A stretch of DNA of 62,896 nucleotides, the filler included, from Vannella sp. (Eukaryota), in NCBI GenBank assembly GCA_023345925.1. It is 5 parts of 5 records of this genome, joined end to end, with 100 filler letters (N's around TTAATTAATTAA, not from the genome) between each part and the next. Parts side by side here need not be neighbours in the genome. Positions count along the whole stretch, not along the records: positions 29,794 to 41,777 come from JAJQQN010000471.1; positions 41,878 to 59,305 come from JAJQQN010000453.1; 3 more parts are not named here. One strand, written 5' to 3'. The translations under genes were made by a program, and so were the position numbers. Of this stretch, positions 33,772 through 46,687 are shown piece after piece (within the stretch, counting starts at the first letter, position 1; each line of letters begins with the position of its first letter). The notes below the pieces were generated by a model, which saw only the letters and a list, made by a program, of their open reading frames with translations, ran no database searches and had not been told where the DNA came from.

Positions 33772-36243
33772 TCAGTCGCAATTCATCGTCACCCGGATGC
33801 AAATGTCCCCCGTCACCTTTTCCTCTCGACTGGGACGAGGGCAAAGGGCCACCCATTTGCTGATTTCCTTGCCTTCTTGGTAGAACTCATCCGGTAGAGC
33901 GATCATGGAGCCCAGAAACTCGTCGCTGGAGAGCCGATCCTCGTCCCACACCTCAATCCGGATTCCGCACACTTCTCCATTCACTATTGGGTCGAAGACA
34001 AACTGGTTGTTGCTAGTCCAGTCAGGCAGGAGTGTTTTGTACTGTGTTGGGGTCTTGTAGCGCGTAGTTTCAGGCAGAAACTTGCCTTCGGAGTCACACA
34101 AACTGAGAAAACAAAAAGGGTCACTTAGCCCATTGGCATCTTTAGCCATGAGATCTCGGGCCGCCAACACAGTTAAGACGACCCGCATACTATCAGTTTC
34201 CAAGGTGTGAATAAGGCATACGGAGGGTGAGGGAGGACGCACTTTTTGGGGAGTTCCAAAGTAGAATAGCTGCGAGGCACTTCTTTTCGGATGCGTGCTC
34301 TCCACACTTCAAAGTCCTGTTGGTTGAGAGCATGGAAACAGTAGCTACGACCTTCCATCGTCGTCCACTTGATAATTCTCCTCTTTCTATCAAAGCGTGA
34401 CGGAAGACCCGCCACAGAAATCTTCCCTATTGTAGTGTACGAGCTCTCTGACTCATAGTAGAACAAGTAGTCCTCTGTGAGTCTCACGTAGACGCGCAGA
34501 TAGTAGTCAATGACGATCCCTTTCAGAACCAAATAGCCCTGATGGACGACATTCGGTTCATCTGGCACCTCGTTGAGAGGCGTAGTGGTGAAGCACTTGG
34601 CTAGTTTGTACGATGCGGAGCGAATGGTCTCCATCAGCGTCCGTTTCTCCTCTTCTGAAGGGAGGAGAACCGTAAAAGTGGTTCGTACAGCATCCATCAT
34701 GGGCAGGAACACCACTTGGAAGGCATGGGTGATGCCAAAGTGTTCGGGGATGTAATAGCAATGGATTTGAGAGAGCGGGATCACTCGAAGAACATCCTGC
34801 TCACAAATAACCTCCCCGTTGGTCTGCTGGTCATCGAAGAGAACCCAGCTGTCGTTGTAAAGGAAGTAGCAAACATGGCGGAACACCTTTTCTTGATGGT
34901 TAAGACTGATCATGGCCCTCCCTTCCGACAAGAGCTTCCGAGAGGTCCGGTTATTGAGTGGCTATGTTTGATAGTGAGTTTGCCTTCTTGAACGGAGCGC
35001 TGAGCAACTCTATTGTACATACAACACCTTTGCTCTTCAAGAGAGCATTGCAGTACTCATCACTGCGCCTCTCTTGCCGATGAAGGGAGGCACAGACACC
35101 TTATCTCGTTAGTAAGTCCAAAGGCCCGCCAAACGAACCTACTTTTAGGACGATGAAGGTCGATAGCACGCTCAAGAGCCTCCAAAGCGACTTGAGTCCC
35201 CGCATTGGTGGCTGCATCTGGCCCGCTTTGTAATGCCACTCGAATCGTCAAAAGCTCCTGTCCCAGGTCGATAAGGCAAGCACTATATGAAGCAATGTAC
35301 GTACCCGGAGCATCTGTTTGTCGTTGTCTTCCTCCTCGTGCTCGTATTCAATCTCAGAGGGCGAAAACACCTCTTTTTGATCTGAAGGAGACGGTTGGTT
35401 GCCCTGTACCTCTTCAAAGTGGGAAGAGTCGATGTAAGATTGAAGAGAGAGCTTCTTGTCTTCTGTCAGGAACGACCAGCACTTGGCCTGGCGCTTGTTG
35501 AGGATGTCGGGATCGACTCCGTTCTCCATTAAGAAGGTGACGAACAGAGGCATGTTCACACCATTGTTCAAGCAAGCATAATGCAGTAATGACTCACCTG
35601 CCGATCTGTCAGAGACTCTCCGTTGCTTCAAGAGGGAGAAAAGACAACTCACTTCGGTTATTTGTGACGCTCAAGTGAGCTGGAGAGGGAATAAGCAAGG
35701 AGAGGCATGTGATGGTAAGGAAGTGGTTCTTGTCGACACATTGGCGAACAAAGTAGTTCAGAGCAATGCAGCTTTGCTCGTTCACGGAATGAACTTTCGC
35801 GCCCTTCTCGATTGTCAGAGGCTGGATGAGGTGGAGGAGATGACGTACGCATCGAAGGAGGTAATAGACGATACGCATTTGCCCTGCGTTGCAGGCAGCA
35901 TGAAGGGGAGTCCACCCCGCGTTATCTGCAGCGTTGATGTCGGCAGAAGCCTTCTCGGCAAGGAACTGAGTCAGTTCCCCGTGTCCTCGCTCTGCACAGT
36001 AGTGAAGAGGTGTCTTCTTTGAATCAGCCTCTTGAATGTTCGCCATCAGGATGCGGACGGGGCCGCTCGAGCGTTCCCAAAGCTCCTGCAAGGGAATCAG
36101 CCTCTTCCTTGTCCCCCATCATCAGGAAGGAGGCTCACCATGATCTTCTTCTTCTCGTTTGTGCAAAAGGCATTGAAGACGCTCTCTCGAAAGTCATCGT
36201 CGTCCGGGTTCAGGGCGGAGGAACTCTTTGGGCGGGAGTCCAT
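33772..36243 (-). CDS. Ankyrin repeats + tandem PH-like + C-terminal C2 domain protein (multi-exon)
   Basis: KTPLHYCAERGH, GWTPLHAAC, ESLLHYAC; PH-like HQGYL..VRLTEDYLFYYE..FEVW; C2 VLAARDLMAKDANGLSDPF..VWDEDRLSSDEFLG; ATG 36243 with an intron after ..KIM. Confidence 0.75.
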
Positions 36244-36532
36244 CAGAGAATGATGCTTGGAGACAGAGAGAGAGACCTAGCAGCTCCACACCCTTCCGGT
36301 ACACCAGCTTCACTTGTTTTCAGGGCAGAAGGCCTCTGAATGAGGACCTATGAAGGGCAACCAGAACACATCTATTCCACTTTCCCTCTTTTTGGCCCTT
36401 TTGGCCTCGTTATGTGGATGGTAGTACTCTCAAAGGCACCACGAGTACTGTGAGTACTTCACTAAGCACAGCAAGAAGGAGAGGCTTCCTTTAATCCGTT
36501 CTGAGGCTGATCCCTTCTGAGAGGGCGCCACC

Positions 36533-37779
36533 TTAAGGAGATGTGACTTGGGTCTCTTCTTCTGGCACACTTTCGAGTAAGGCGTCTGTGACAACACCCA
36601 TAGAAAGAGCATCTGGTGCCTCTTCGACTGGCGGGACATCATGGGGGGCGCTTTCTTCGGGAGAAGAAGTCTCTACCAAGTCAGAAGTGGGCTCTTGGGC
36701 TTTCCAATCGTACGTCCACGGTTGTTGCCAAGAAGGGACAAAGTCGGCATGCTCTCCCACTCGCTCTGCTTTGGGAATGTAACTGTACACGTAAGGGTCG
36801 TTCCCTCCGTACTCCTTCAGGAGGTTATCAGGGTGGATGTAACGAGTCAGGTCCTTCGTCTCTATGAAGTGGATCTATCCTCCGCTGTGAATACACTTTT
36901 GGGCCGAGTGACTTGCTCGAACTCACTTGCTCGGCCAAGTTGGCGCTCAGCATACCCTTGACCAGCTTCCAAGCTGTCAAGAGAATCCAGGGGCAGTTCA
37001 GAATGAGCGTCATGCCTTGGGACTCTGGGTAGTGCGCGTCCAGCGTCTGTATCTGCCATTTGATCTGACTCAAGTCCTTCTCGTCCGTCAGTTCTCGCTG
37101 CCAGAGCTCCCCACGTGCTATTGATGAGTTGTATACTTACCACGTTCTTCAATCCGGCATCTTGCATGTCGTAGATCACTAGATCGTGGAGCATGTGCGG
37201 TTTAAGGAAGGTTGCGCCAACTTCCGTGTTCCAGACAACGAAGCGCTCCATCTGGTACCCAATGAGAGTGTGCTTTGCTTATTCAGCGAAGATCTGTACC
37301 TCTTGAAAGTCTGTGGACGAGGAAACGTGGAAACGAGGTCTGATGTACACCACTGGACGGTCCGTGAGATCATACTTGTACCAGAAGCACTTGCCACTCT
37401 TGAGCTCGCTCTCCATTGACTCTTCTGGGATGTTATCAACTCCCATGCCCTGGAACTCTCGTCTCCAGATCGCTACGAGTGTCAAACACGAGAAAGGCAG
37501 TTGGGAGAGTTCGCACCTGTGGCCTGGTAGCCAGCAATGGCCTCTTTCATGTTCCACTTCTTAGCCTTCAAGAATTTCGTGCACCAGAGATCAGAGGTTA
37601 ACAGCTTTCTGCTCCCCAACGCTCAGTACCAACCCGCACCCAACCGACTCTGCTCACTGCTCCACCTCCGTCAACGTCCACTTCTTCTCCTCACACTGTT
37701 GCGCCAACCACTCAGACACGACAGCCTGGAAGCATCCTAACTCAGTCTGTTGGGCAGTGGTCAAAGCTTCCTCCTTCAT
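36533..37779 (-). CDS. Sec14/CRAL-TRIO lipid-binding protein (Pdr16/Sfh-like)
   Basis: KFLKAKKWN, SGKCFWYKYDLTDRPVVYIRP, VIYDMQDAG, LDAHYPE..LILNCPW..WKLVK; several short introns. Confidence 0.85.
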
Positions 37780-37844
37780 TGTCCGAGCAGGTGCGGAAAA
37801 TATCTCGAAAATATCTGATTTATTGTGTAACCGCCACGAGTGGG

Positions 37845-39200
37845 ATGAAGTACATCTCCGCCTCTGGCCTCAAAAGCCTCTCCAATTACAAGTATCATGG
37901 CGTGGACAACTCGCTCCTTGCCAACTATGGTAAGCCCAGAGGTGCTCTTCATGCTAAGGGAGTGTTCTGATGGCAGGGAAGTAATGCAGCCTTTCTGGCG
38001 GCAGGCGGTCAACTTGTTGCCGATGTGGATAGCGTGAGACAGAGTGCAGGGAGCTAGTGTGTATCTGACCTTTGAGCTAGACCGAATCTCGTCACGCTGT
38101 TGGGATTCTTCGCTATCGTCGCGAGCTACTTGGTGTTGGCCTTCTTTAGTCCCCTGATTGCTTCCCCTGCTCCTGGTTGGGCGTATCTGTTTGCTGCCAT
38201 CTCTCTGTTTTGGTATCAAACAATGGACGCTCTCGATGGAAAGCAAGCGCGACGCACGGGGAGCTCCTCCCCACTGGGCGAGCTGTTTGATCACGGCTGC
38301 GATGCCATGTCAACCACCTTCATTGGGTTGACCTTAGCTTGTGTAATGCGACTGGGTAGTGGTTGGTTCTTCTTTGCTGTGGTGCTCTCCAGCTACTGCG
38401 TGTTCTTCATGGCCCAGTGGGAAGAATATCAAACAGGTGTGATGGAATTGGGCTTCGTGAATGTAACAGAGATCCAACTTGTCATCTGTGGCATCTACCT
38501 GGCGTCCTTCTGGTGGGGAAGCGACATGTGGGTCCAAGATGTCTCTGTTTTCGGCTACAACTTGCCTCTTAACATGATCCCTGCTGGACTCATTCTCTTG
38601 GGAACCACTGGTACAATGGCTGGAAAGTAGGTGACCTCTCCTCGCATCTTCTCCCGCTTACAATCCTTGCCATTAGTGTGATGAAGGTCATGAAGATGAA
38701 AGACATCCAAATTGTCCCCGCTTTCTGCCAGCTTATCCCTCTCTCACTTTTGGTCATTGGTGCAACAACTTGGGCTTTCCTTTCTCCTTCTAATGTGGCC
38801 GAAACGCATCCCCACGAGTTCTTCTTGATTGTGGGATTCATCTTTTCGTACATCACTGTAGGTCCGGAACATTCAGCCCTTCTCGACTCATTTGTGGGTT
38901 AAGGGACGAATTGTTGTCAACAGAGTGTGCGAAGAGAAGTTCAGCTTATTCCACCCCATTGAACTGGGCTTTGTCGTGGCCGCTTTGTACAGCGTTTTGG
39001 ACGGGCAGTTCGTGACCCGCTTTCCCTCTACCAATTCTCACACACTCTTTAGGAGGTTCTTCCCTGAATACTACTTGGTGCTTTGCTTCCTTATTGCTGC
39101 CATCGGCCAGTACCTCCACTTTGCTATTATTGTCATCGACCAGATGACAACCTATTTGAAGATCCGATGCCTTCATATCGTCCCCAAGAAGGTAGAATAG
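37845..39200 (+). CDS. EPT1: Choline/ethanolamine phosphotransferase (CDP-alcohol phosphotransferase, CEPT1/EPT1/AAPT)
   Basis: YKYHGVDNS, PNLVTLLG, QTMDALDGKQARRTGSSSPLGELFDHGCD; multi-TM; short introns. Confidence 0.93.
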
Positions 39201-39231
39201 GTAAACATATCGTCAAGATAAAGGTGCTTGT

Positions 39232-41340
39232 TCAAATACAACCGGTACAAGAGGAAACCACCTTCTCGGCAGTGTGGATTTCAGGTTGGACAATGGCGCA
39301 GCTGCAACGTCGGAGAATATCCACTGATCCCATATCCATGTTGTTATGGACAATGATGAATTGCATGTTCTTCACGAGGTTCGCCATGGCTTCTGCGCCG
39401 TTTTTGGCAACAATGCGACCAACAAGGTCAAAGTGTTTCACTCCTGGTCTCGTGCATGACTTGATGATTTTCCGTAATTCGTTGGCCAGAGGAAGAGAGA
39501 TATCGTACTTGTTTGCTCGAATCCGAGGGAGCAAAGGGACAATCTTTGTGAAGAGCTTGGGAATGTCCAGAAGTTTGTTCATGGGCTCAGAGTGATGATG
39601 CTCCTCCGTCAGGAGGATATTCACAAAGCTACAGAACGGGGATATCTTTAAAGAGAACAACCCATACCGGAGCAAGTAAAGGAGCGGCTCTAAGAGGAGG
39701 ATGGCACTTCCCGGCAGAAAATCTGAAGAACATTAGTAGTTGCTCCCAAACAGCTTTCGAGTGGAAATACCCTCCAGTTTCATATCTGATGCTTGGCAAA
39801 GCAAGTCCAGGATCTCACAGGGATCCACAGAGTTCTTGACAGGGCGGTTGGCTTTGACCTCTCTGGCAGTAATTGAGTCCTCGATTGAACGATTGATTGC
39901 AACTCTCGCTAAACGGGCCCTCACCTGCTTATATGCATCAAGGATGCCGGGCCTCTTTCAGTAGAGAAAAATACAAAGCGCCAGAAGCGTGGGGAAGCCC
40001 GTACAAAGGCAAGAACGCCTTCCAAGTTGGGCCAAGCGAAGTCAGTTGTCTCCAAAACGATTGTGCAGGCCGCTGCTAGCCCCTCAAACTCTAGCATGAT
40101 ATTCCTTTGGAACTTTTCCATCTCTGCAAGGCATACCTCCTCGTGCCCGGCCTTGAAATAGTACTTTACAGCCGGATAGACGGAAGGCACTTGGAACACT
40201 GAGTTGGGAAGGCGGGATACCAGGATCAGACGATCGTATGTACACTCAAGTACTGTGGGGCCTTTGTATATCTGACTGATGAACTCTACTCGCTCATTGA
40301 GCTTCTCCATGTCCGAACAAGCCTTCCCTTCTAGTTTTAGCACAAAGCTGAGGTCCTCCCGGTTCTGCATCTGTGTGTGGAACAGCTTGAAGCTCTTTTG
40401 GATCTCTTCGTTAGAAATAAACTCGCCCTGCCCGTCTCCTGCATCCTGATCCCAAAGGCGAAGGGAGAATGATAACGGACGGTTGGCTCCACGCCCTTCC
40501 CCACGTAAAAGGCGAGGGAGATCTTCGATGTCGAGCTCTGGTACAGTATGAGATGGGCTGGACCGGTCCAGAAGGGCGCCACACACCAAAGGAATCAGTC
40601 GGGTGTTTGAACTCCATCGTCTTCCCACAGATCAGTTCGCTTCCACGCACATCCACGATGAATGCATACCTTTTGGAAGAAGGAAACGTCTCTGCAATAG
40701 AGAGTGCGCTGTACTCCGTGTTTGGCGCAACTAATCGCATGAGGAATCCAAAGACTTTCCAAAAGCGGCATTCACTCACTCCACAACGAGCCACACTTGT
40801 GTCCCTTCACATTCAACAGTAGCAGGCAGTCTCTTAACCCCCTTCTGCTCCACAAGGGCACAAGGAGAGCACACGGAAAGAGTCTTGTAAAGCACTGAAG
40901 CCATCCAAACAATGAAGCGAGCAAATGGAAGGACAGGAATTGGTCTCACGTTAAATGTACATTCGTATACATTGGTGCGTTCCATTCTCCTCCTTTCTGC
41001 CAAGCCAACAGAAGAGAATCTTCGCGGAAATCTCCATTTTCTTGGCGTCCTCTCTTGGAATGGGACGCGAGCTTGAAGGGAGCATCCAGGACCTTGAAGC
41101 TGCTGGTTGGGGTGAAGAGATGGGATTTGCAGATACTGAAATCATTCTTATCAACCGCAAGGCCTTCTCCTTGGGAGTGCTGTCCTGTTTCTTCTGCTGT
41201 TTTGGATGCTTAGGCGTGTTTGCCGTCGCTCCTGACAAACGAGCTAGTTTCTACCGAGGAGCCATCGTTAGTTGGGTGACAGTCGTGGTTCTTTCCGTTG
41301 TTTTTGGCCCTGCACTTCTCCTTTCCCTCTCCTTGCTCAT
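39232..41340 (-). CDS. Multi-exon hypothetical protein or pseudogene; no recognised domain
   Basis: A chain of minus-strand ORFs can be joined by plausible GT-AG introns (e.g. gtatgc..gaag near 40670-40622). The 5' structure is unresolved, with an in-frame TAG near 41252. Confidence 0.35.
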
Positions 41341-41571
41341 TTTCGGTCACCCCGAGCCCATGGACTAACTTTGCCTCGTTAAGGTGTCTAGAGTCGAACG
41401 CGACTCTTTGCGTCCGTGAACAATCTATTCGTTTGTCTAAACTACCTCAAAGCAGCATACCACCTCTCGCGAGAGAGTTGCATGGTTTCCGATTTTGGGC
41501 AAACCTCCAATCGCCGCTCACAGAGTGGGCAAACCTCCAAAAAAGATTGAAGGGGAGAAAACAAAAAGATT

Positions 41572-41642
41572 TGCATCCGCCGGGAATTGAACCCGGGTCA
41601 CCCGCATGGCAAGCGGATATCATACCACTAGACAACGGATGC
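41572..41642 (-). tRNA. tRNA-Gly(GCC)
   Basis: GCATCCG..TAGTGGTA..CCGC-TTGCCAT-GCGG..GGTTCAATTCCC..CGGATGCA, 71 nt, followed by a T-run terminator. Confidence 0.96.
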
Positions 41643-41777
41643 GCGCCCTCTGAAGGCGGCAAAATTTGCATATTTATCGCAAGATTAAATAGTAAGAGAC
41701 GATAGGTTTCCCGTGCTCGGGTTTTGCGGAAACTCGAACCAGTTTGCTTTGTCTTTTGTCCTTTTGTTTTGGGTATT

Positions 41778-41877
41778 NNNNNNNNNNNNNNNNNNNNNNN
41801 NNNNNNNNNNNNNNNNNNNNNTTAATTAATTAANNNNNNNNNNNNNNNNNNNNNNNNNNNNNNNNNNNNNNNNNNNN
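41778..41877. other. Artificial contig linker
   Basis: N44-TTAATTAATTAA-N44. Confidence 0.98.
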
Positions 41878-43560
41878 ACGCTCGACTTGGTTAAAATCAG
41901 GGTGATCAGAAGAGGCAAGAGAGCCTTTGAAGACTTGGTTAATTCTTCTTGAAACTTTCAAGCACTCCGCCAGATTTCCAGCCCAAATGTGAATGGACGA
42001 CTCTGACTCATTCCAGTCAAGATATTCTTCGCCTGTCAGCCCGAAGAAACGGCAGAGTCCCGGAGAACTCAAGTCTGAGGGCAAGCGAAGAAAGTTCTCA
42101 TACGATACAAGCACAGATTGGGTGCTTCCTCTTCGCTCTGTATCTGCGTCTCTTAATTGAGCAGATTGGGGAGTGAGGGTTGTTTGGACTAATTTGAATC
42201 GAGCTTGAATGGACGCCTCAGCTCTTAACAGCTGAGAGTCAAGGTAACTGCTGATTATGACAGTGCTGTCTTCAAACGAAAGAGACGCGGCGGCATCGAC
42301 TGCAAAGTACTCTCTCAGCTTACTGCTTTTGTTTGGGCCTCCCCATCCATCTGGTGCTGGAACCCTCTTTTGTACGAAAGTCAGCTCTGCAATGATCTCC
42401 TTGGCGTTCATCACATCACTTGCTCGACCTAAGAGCCACAATCCAGAGACGTTCGCTACGGAAATGATCTGGCACGGGCACCCTTCTTCCTCCAAGGCCA
42501 GTAAACAGCATTGCTTCAACTGCCCTCGAGGCTCGGGTTGATCAATTTTGTAGCATTCTAAGCACGAAATGACTTGACAAACATCTCTGACTCGTAAGGG
42601 CAAATCCCTTTCAGAACACTGAAAGCTGAGAAGGAGGTTATCTCTGTCATACTCAGTTTGTTGTGTCATAAGGGGGTGCACTCGCAAGAGGTATTCCATC
42701 TGTAAAGGGTCTACCTGTACGACATCGCGGGATACTCGCAAAGAAGTGCCTTTGTCTGAGGCGGTGTAGTTCTTTGGCACAAAATTCTCCTGTCGCTGAT
42801 CTGGAGGACTATCCTGACGCTGCTCTTTTGTCTCGCGTACATTCTGCCGTCCTGGGCCCTGTGACTTCCTCCTAGGCTTTTGATGAGACTTTGAATTGGG
42901 AGGTGACGGAGTTTGGGATTGAGGTTGACTCTGGGGAGTGTTCTTCACTATTGGAGGGCTGGTAGGAGGTAGGACCTCGACTGAAGGCTTAGGAGAACAG
43001 TATTCGACAATCATTTGAAAGAGGGGCTCGCACTTTCTCTTGTTGGTAGTGAAGAACACCAGACGCTGTCCCTGTGGTTCTGTCTCGAAAGAGACGAAGA
43101 GATCTTGATGAGCACTGAAGTGCTCCTTCCAACGAGTGATCTCGGAGAGGAGAAAATTGGAATCTCCAGGGCAGATGAAGTCGCGGTGATAGAAGGTGTC
43201 AGGAGATAGAATCAAGACGTACTGAAGGTGCATAAGAAGGGGACCAGCCTCTTCTCCCTCAAACGCAAGGAGGGTTGCCACGGTGGACGAGCGAACTAAA
43301 GGTAAGAGATCTTCCAAGTGTTGTAAGCACTCTGGTAGCCAGTTCATGAGGAAGAAGACGATCTGTCTACTAAATAGACCACGCAAGAGAAGCTGTTGAG
43401 CGCCCTCAAACTTCTCCGCATGAAGAAAGGGGCATCCCAAAGCCTCACAGAACCGGCACTCCAACTCCTCAGGACAGGCACGCACCCGCTCCTCCACATG
43501 AGCAAGCCCACAAAAGAAGTCTCGACAACGAGCATTGTCTGGACACACTCCCAAGTCCAT
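41878..43560 (-). CDS. Tandem CCCH-type zinc fingers + degenerate KH-like repeats; 3'-partial
   Basis: CPDNARCRDFFCGLAH and CPEELEC..CEALGCPFLH; KH-like ends LWLLGRASDVMNAKEII, TVIISS..LLRAEASI, IHIWAGNLAECLKV; the ORF runs into the linker. Confidence 0.55.
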
Positions 43561-43748
43561 GAACTCTCAGGCCAACAAAGAATGAGTTGTCCTAACTTCC
43601 CCTCCAAAGCAGCCGATTTACATTTCCCCTCCTAAAATGGCATTTCCCCGCTCCTTCCTTTCGAGTGAAAGAGAAACGACCAGCTTTACTGTAGAGAACA
43701 TAAAAGCCACTTTTCCATCATATTCGCATTACAAGGCACCAAATGCCA

Positions 43749-46437
43749 CTACAAAAACTCTCCTCCGAGCGAGCTCTCTCGAGATCGGAGGAGTTCGAGT
43801 TGTTGGTCGGTGATTAGGGATTCGTAATGAAGCATTGCCTACCCATTAGATTAGAGCTATGGATGAGAGAGAGTTTGAAGGACTAACATGGAAGAGAGGT
43901 TCAGGTTGAACGTTCAGCATTTCCTTCTTGAGTGTTTCGATGAGACTTGGAGCTGCTTCAAAGCGGAGAATCTCTTCCTCAAAGATACTGAGAATGGCCA
44001 ATGCTGTAACAAACAATGCTCGGCTTTCATCCAAAAGAAGCCAATCAAACACTCGGACAACGATATCAACAGGTAAACAACGACCGAAGAAGCACATGAA
44101 CCACTCGAAGCAAACAAGAAGGCATCCGCCCATGTATCGTTGCAAATGGGCCGCAACTTTTGGTAAGTGAGTTTCTACAAGTGATTGCATGACAATCTGG
44201 TCTAATTTGATACCAGCCAGTGACTCTTGAAAGTATCCTGGGACAATCCGCTCGCTAATGTGAGATAGCAAATTGAAAGCTGGCTCTTCTTCCAAGTAGA
44301 GTAGCAGGAAGGCAACAACAACGTTCTAAAGCGTTGTAATGAGTTAAATAATCGGGCTTTGCACAGTCCTTCCATACCATCCCTTGGCAGTATCCTACGG
44401 AGCTGTTCTTCACAGAATACGCTAATAGAACATTCCTTAGGGACTCTAGCTTGCTACCAGTTTGTGGCTTAAAGGAGGGATGTAATGGAAGAGTTCTGTT
44501 AAGATCCTAAATTATCAACAGATGAGCAAAGAGTCATCTCTATGATGGGCGAATGATAACCGAGAGTGCCTTACTCGCTCTATTTCATTGGATATATGAG
44601 AACCTCGAGGGCATGTATGAAGGAAATATCTGTAGTCCTCGTGCTCTCGCTGGCTCTTAAACACTGCTCCACTGAGAAACTCCCAAATGGTCGTCCGATA
44701 CTTTTCCGGTATTCCTTCTCGGATGAGCCGAGCAAGTTCAGGAGTCCGAACCATGCAAGGCACAGAGCCACATCTGTTAAAGTAATCCTTCCACTTTCGG
44801 CGGTGCTGCTTGCTCGAAGAAGAAAGGAGCCATTTCAGTCCTGCCAAAGGAGAAGTGACCCCCTTTCGTAACGAAGTACTCGGAGATACCACATTAGGGC
44901 TTCCAGAGACAGCAATAGGTTGCGCAATATGGGAAAGGCGTTTGGTGAGCTTGTAAAGGAAAAAGTTCTGCTGCAAGAGGGTGTGCTGCTTCTCATCCAA
45001 CGAGTAGAGTTCAAGAACGCATCGCCATTTCGGGTTACGGAGAACAACTCGGAGGTTCTCAATGTTCAAAGCTGAGATGTCTTCTACTGAGCGGAAAGGA
45101 ATTGCCAGTGAGATACCTTCTTCCAACCTGCAGAAGTGAAACCCGTTATAGGATATTCGCAAAAGTCCTCGGACATATTCTAGTGAAGGGTTTGTGATGG
45201 CATCAATAGAAAAAGAACCAGCGCATCTCCCATGACTGAGAGTGGGACTGAATGGATTCGCATGGAAGGTAAGCTCCCTCTCAGTCCTATTTTGGGAGCG
45301 CTCCTGCACGCTTTTCTCTGGAGAATCCATGACATGCCCGAGACTAGCGTGGCGCATTGCTAAGGGTTTGCGATTCTTAGTATGTCCTCGAATCATTTGT
45401 GACTTCATTGACATCTTCCAAGCCTTCGTGAGCTCCTCAAAAGCCTCTTCAATCTCGTCGATCTCAAATATCTGAACCTAATGATGTCTTGTGAGTTCTC
45501 TGCTGGAGGAAATCATCTGACTGACTGGATGAGGGACAAGTTGAATACAAGGTTGTTGAAACTCGACAGTCGTTGCCATCTCAAAGCGGACCAGTGAGTC
45601 AAGACGTATAGATAACATCAGCTCACACGTAATGGAGAGGAAATAAAGGTGGGTCTGGCTCAAAAAGAGTGCACCTTTGAAGTACCTGTCTCCCCAAACA
45701 GCACATTGCGTATCTATCTCATCATGAGGAGCCAAGTAATAGATTAGCAGCTACTCACGATAACGAATGTCACTTCTTGTGACCTCTGGGTGGAAGTGAC
45801 GAAGGAGTGCCAAAGTTCCGGATGGGAATCGGCTCAGAGAGGAGGCAGCATATTGCTCCTCTGTCTGTTGCTTTATCAGGGCACATAGCTTGAGAGTCAT
45901 GAAGTTCAGTCGGATTGTACCAGATGCAGGAGGGGTAATGGAAGGGTCAGAGTTGGTGAGAGAGCGCTGCCCAGCCATCATCTGAAGGAGCGGAGACAGA
46001 TTCTGGCGAAGGTAAGAAAGCTGATCGTTCATGATGGCAGCTGATGATTGAGCCATAGCTACAACCAGATCTACAGCACTACAGGTAGATAGAACACGAA
46101 AGGGCATTGCATTCTCCAAGCAAAGGATGCAATCAGCTTCTCCACAGGTACATAAGGGTGTTGGTGGCTCCCTGCAAGTAATCGGAGGAGAATCCACTAA
46201 AGGGTGGTAGTCTTCTACTTGCTGTAGCTCCTCCAGATCACGGTGAAGATGTCGCCGTTGCACTTGCCAAAAGGAGTCCCGATAGATCGACTCCCACACG
46301 TAGAGCTCCACATAGCGCTGCGAGAAACTATCACCGCGAGCCTCACACACTGATTCTCCAGTACGCGAGATCATCCACCTCGGCAAAGGATCTGAAAGCG
46401 ACCGAACCCCTTTCCAGCCCTTCCCCTCTTCCGGCAT
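43749..46437 (-). CDS. GRAM + TBC Rab-GAP protein (TBC1D8/9, Mdr1/Gyp2-like)
   Basis: GRAM-like GALFLSQTHLYF and GLLRISYNGFHF; TBC LIREGIPEKYRTTIWEFLSGA, EIER..RTLP, GYCQG, EEEPAFNLL, EWFMCFF; multi-exon. Confidence 0.85.
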
Positions 46438-46687
46438 CCCAATCAAATAATGACAGTTCAACAAAATCGACTCAGAATTCACTAAATAGCAAAACGTCCA
46501 AGTTCTTTCGCATTTCACCCTTTGGGCCAATCAACGCGCGGAAGGGGTTCTTTTTTGGGACAAATCCTAACTTCTTCGTGCCCTGACTATGAGAACCACT
46601 GAGATCCTGATTGATTCCAGTGTTGATCATAATCATGTTCTGTTCAATAAGGCTGGCCGTGGCTTCATTACTTTATGACTTTACTGA

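Noticed and set aside
33678..33772. Fusion of the Ank-PH-C2 gene with the triple RhoGAP
   Set aside because: C2 ends naturally at a stop, and the gap looks like UTR/promoter before an ATG at the repeat-unit boundary; RNA data could overturn this.
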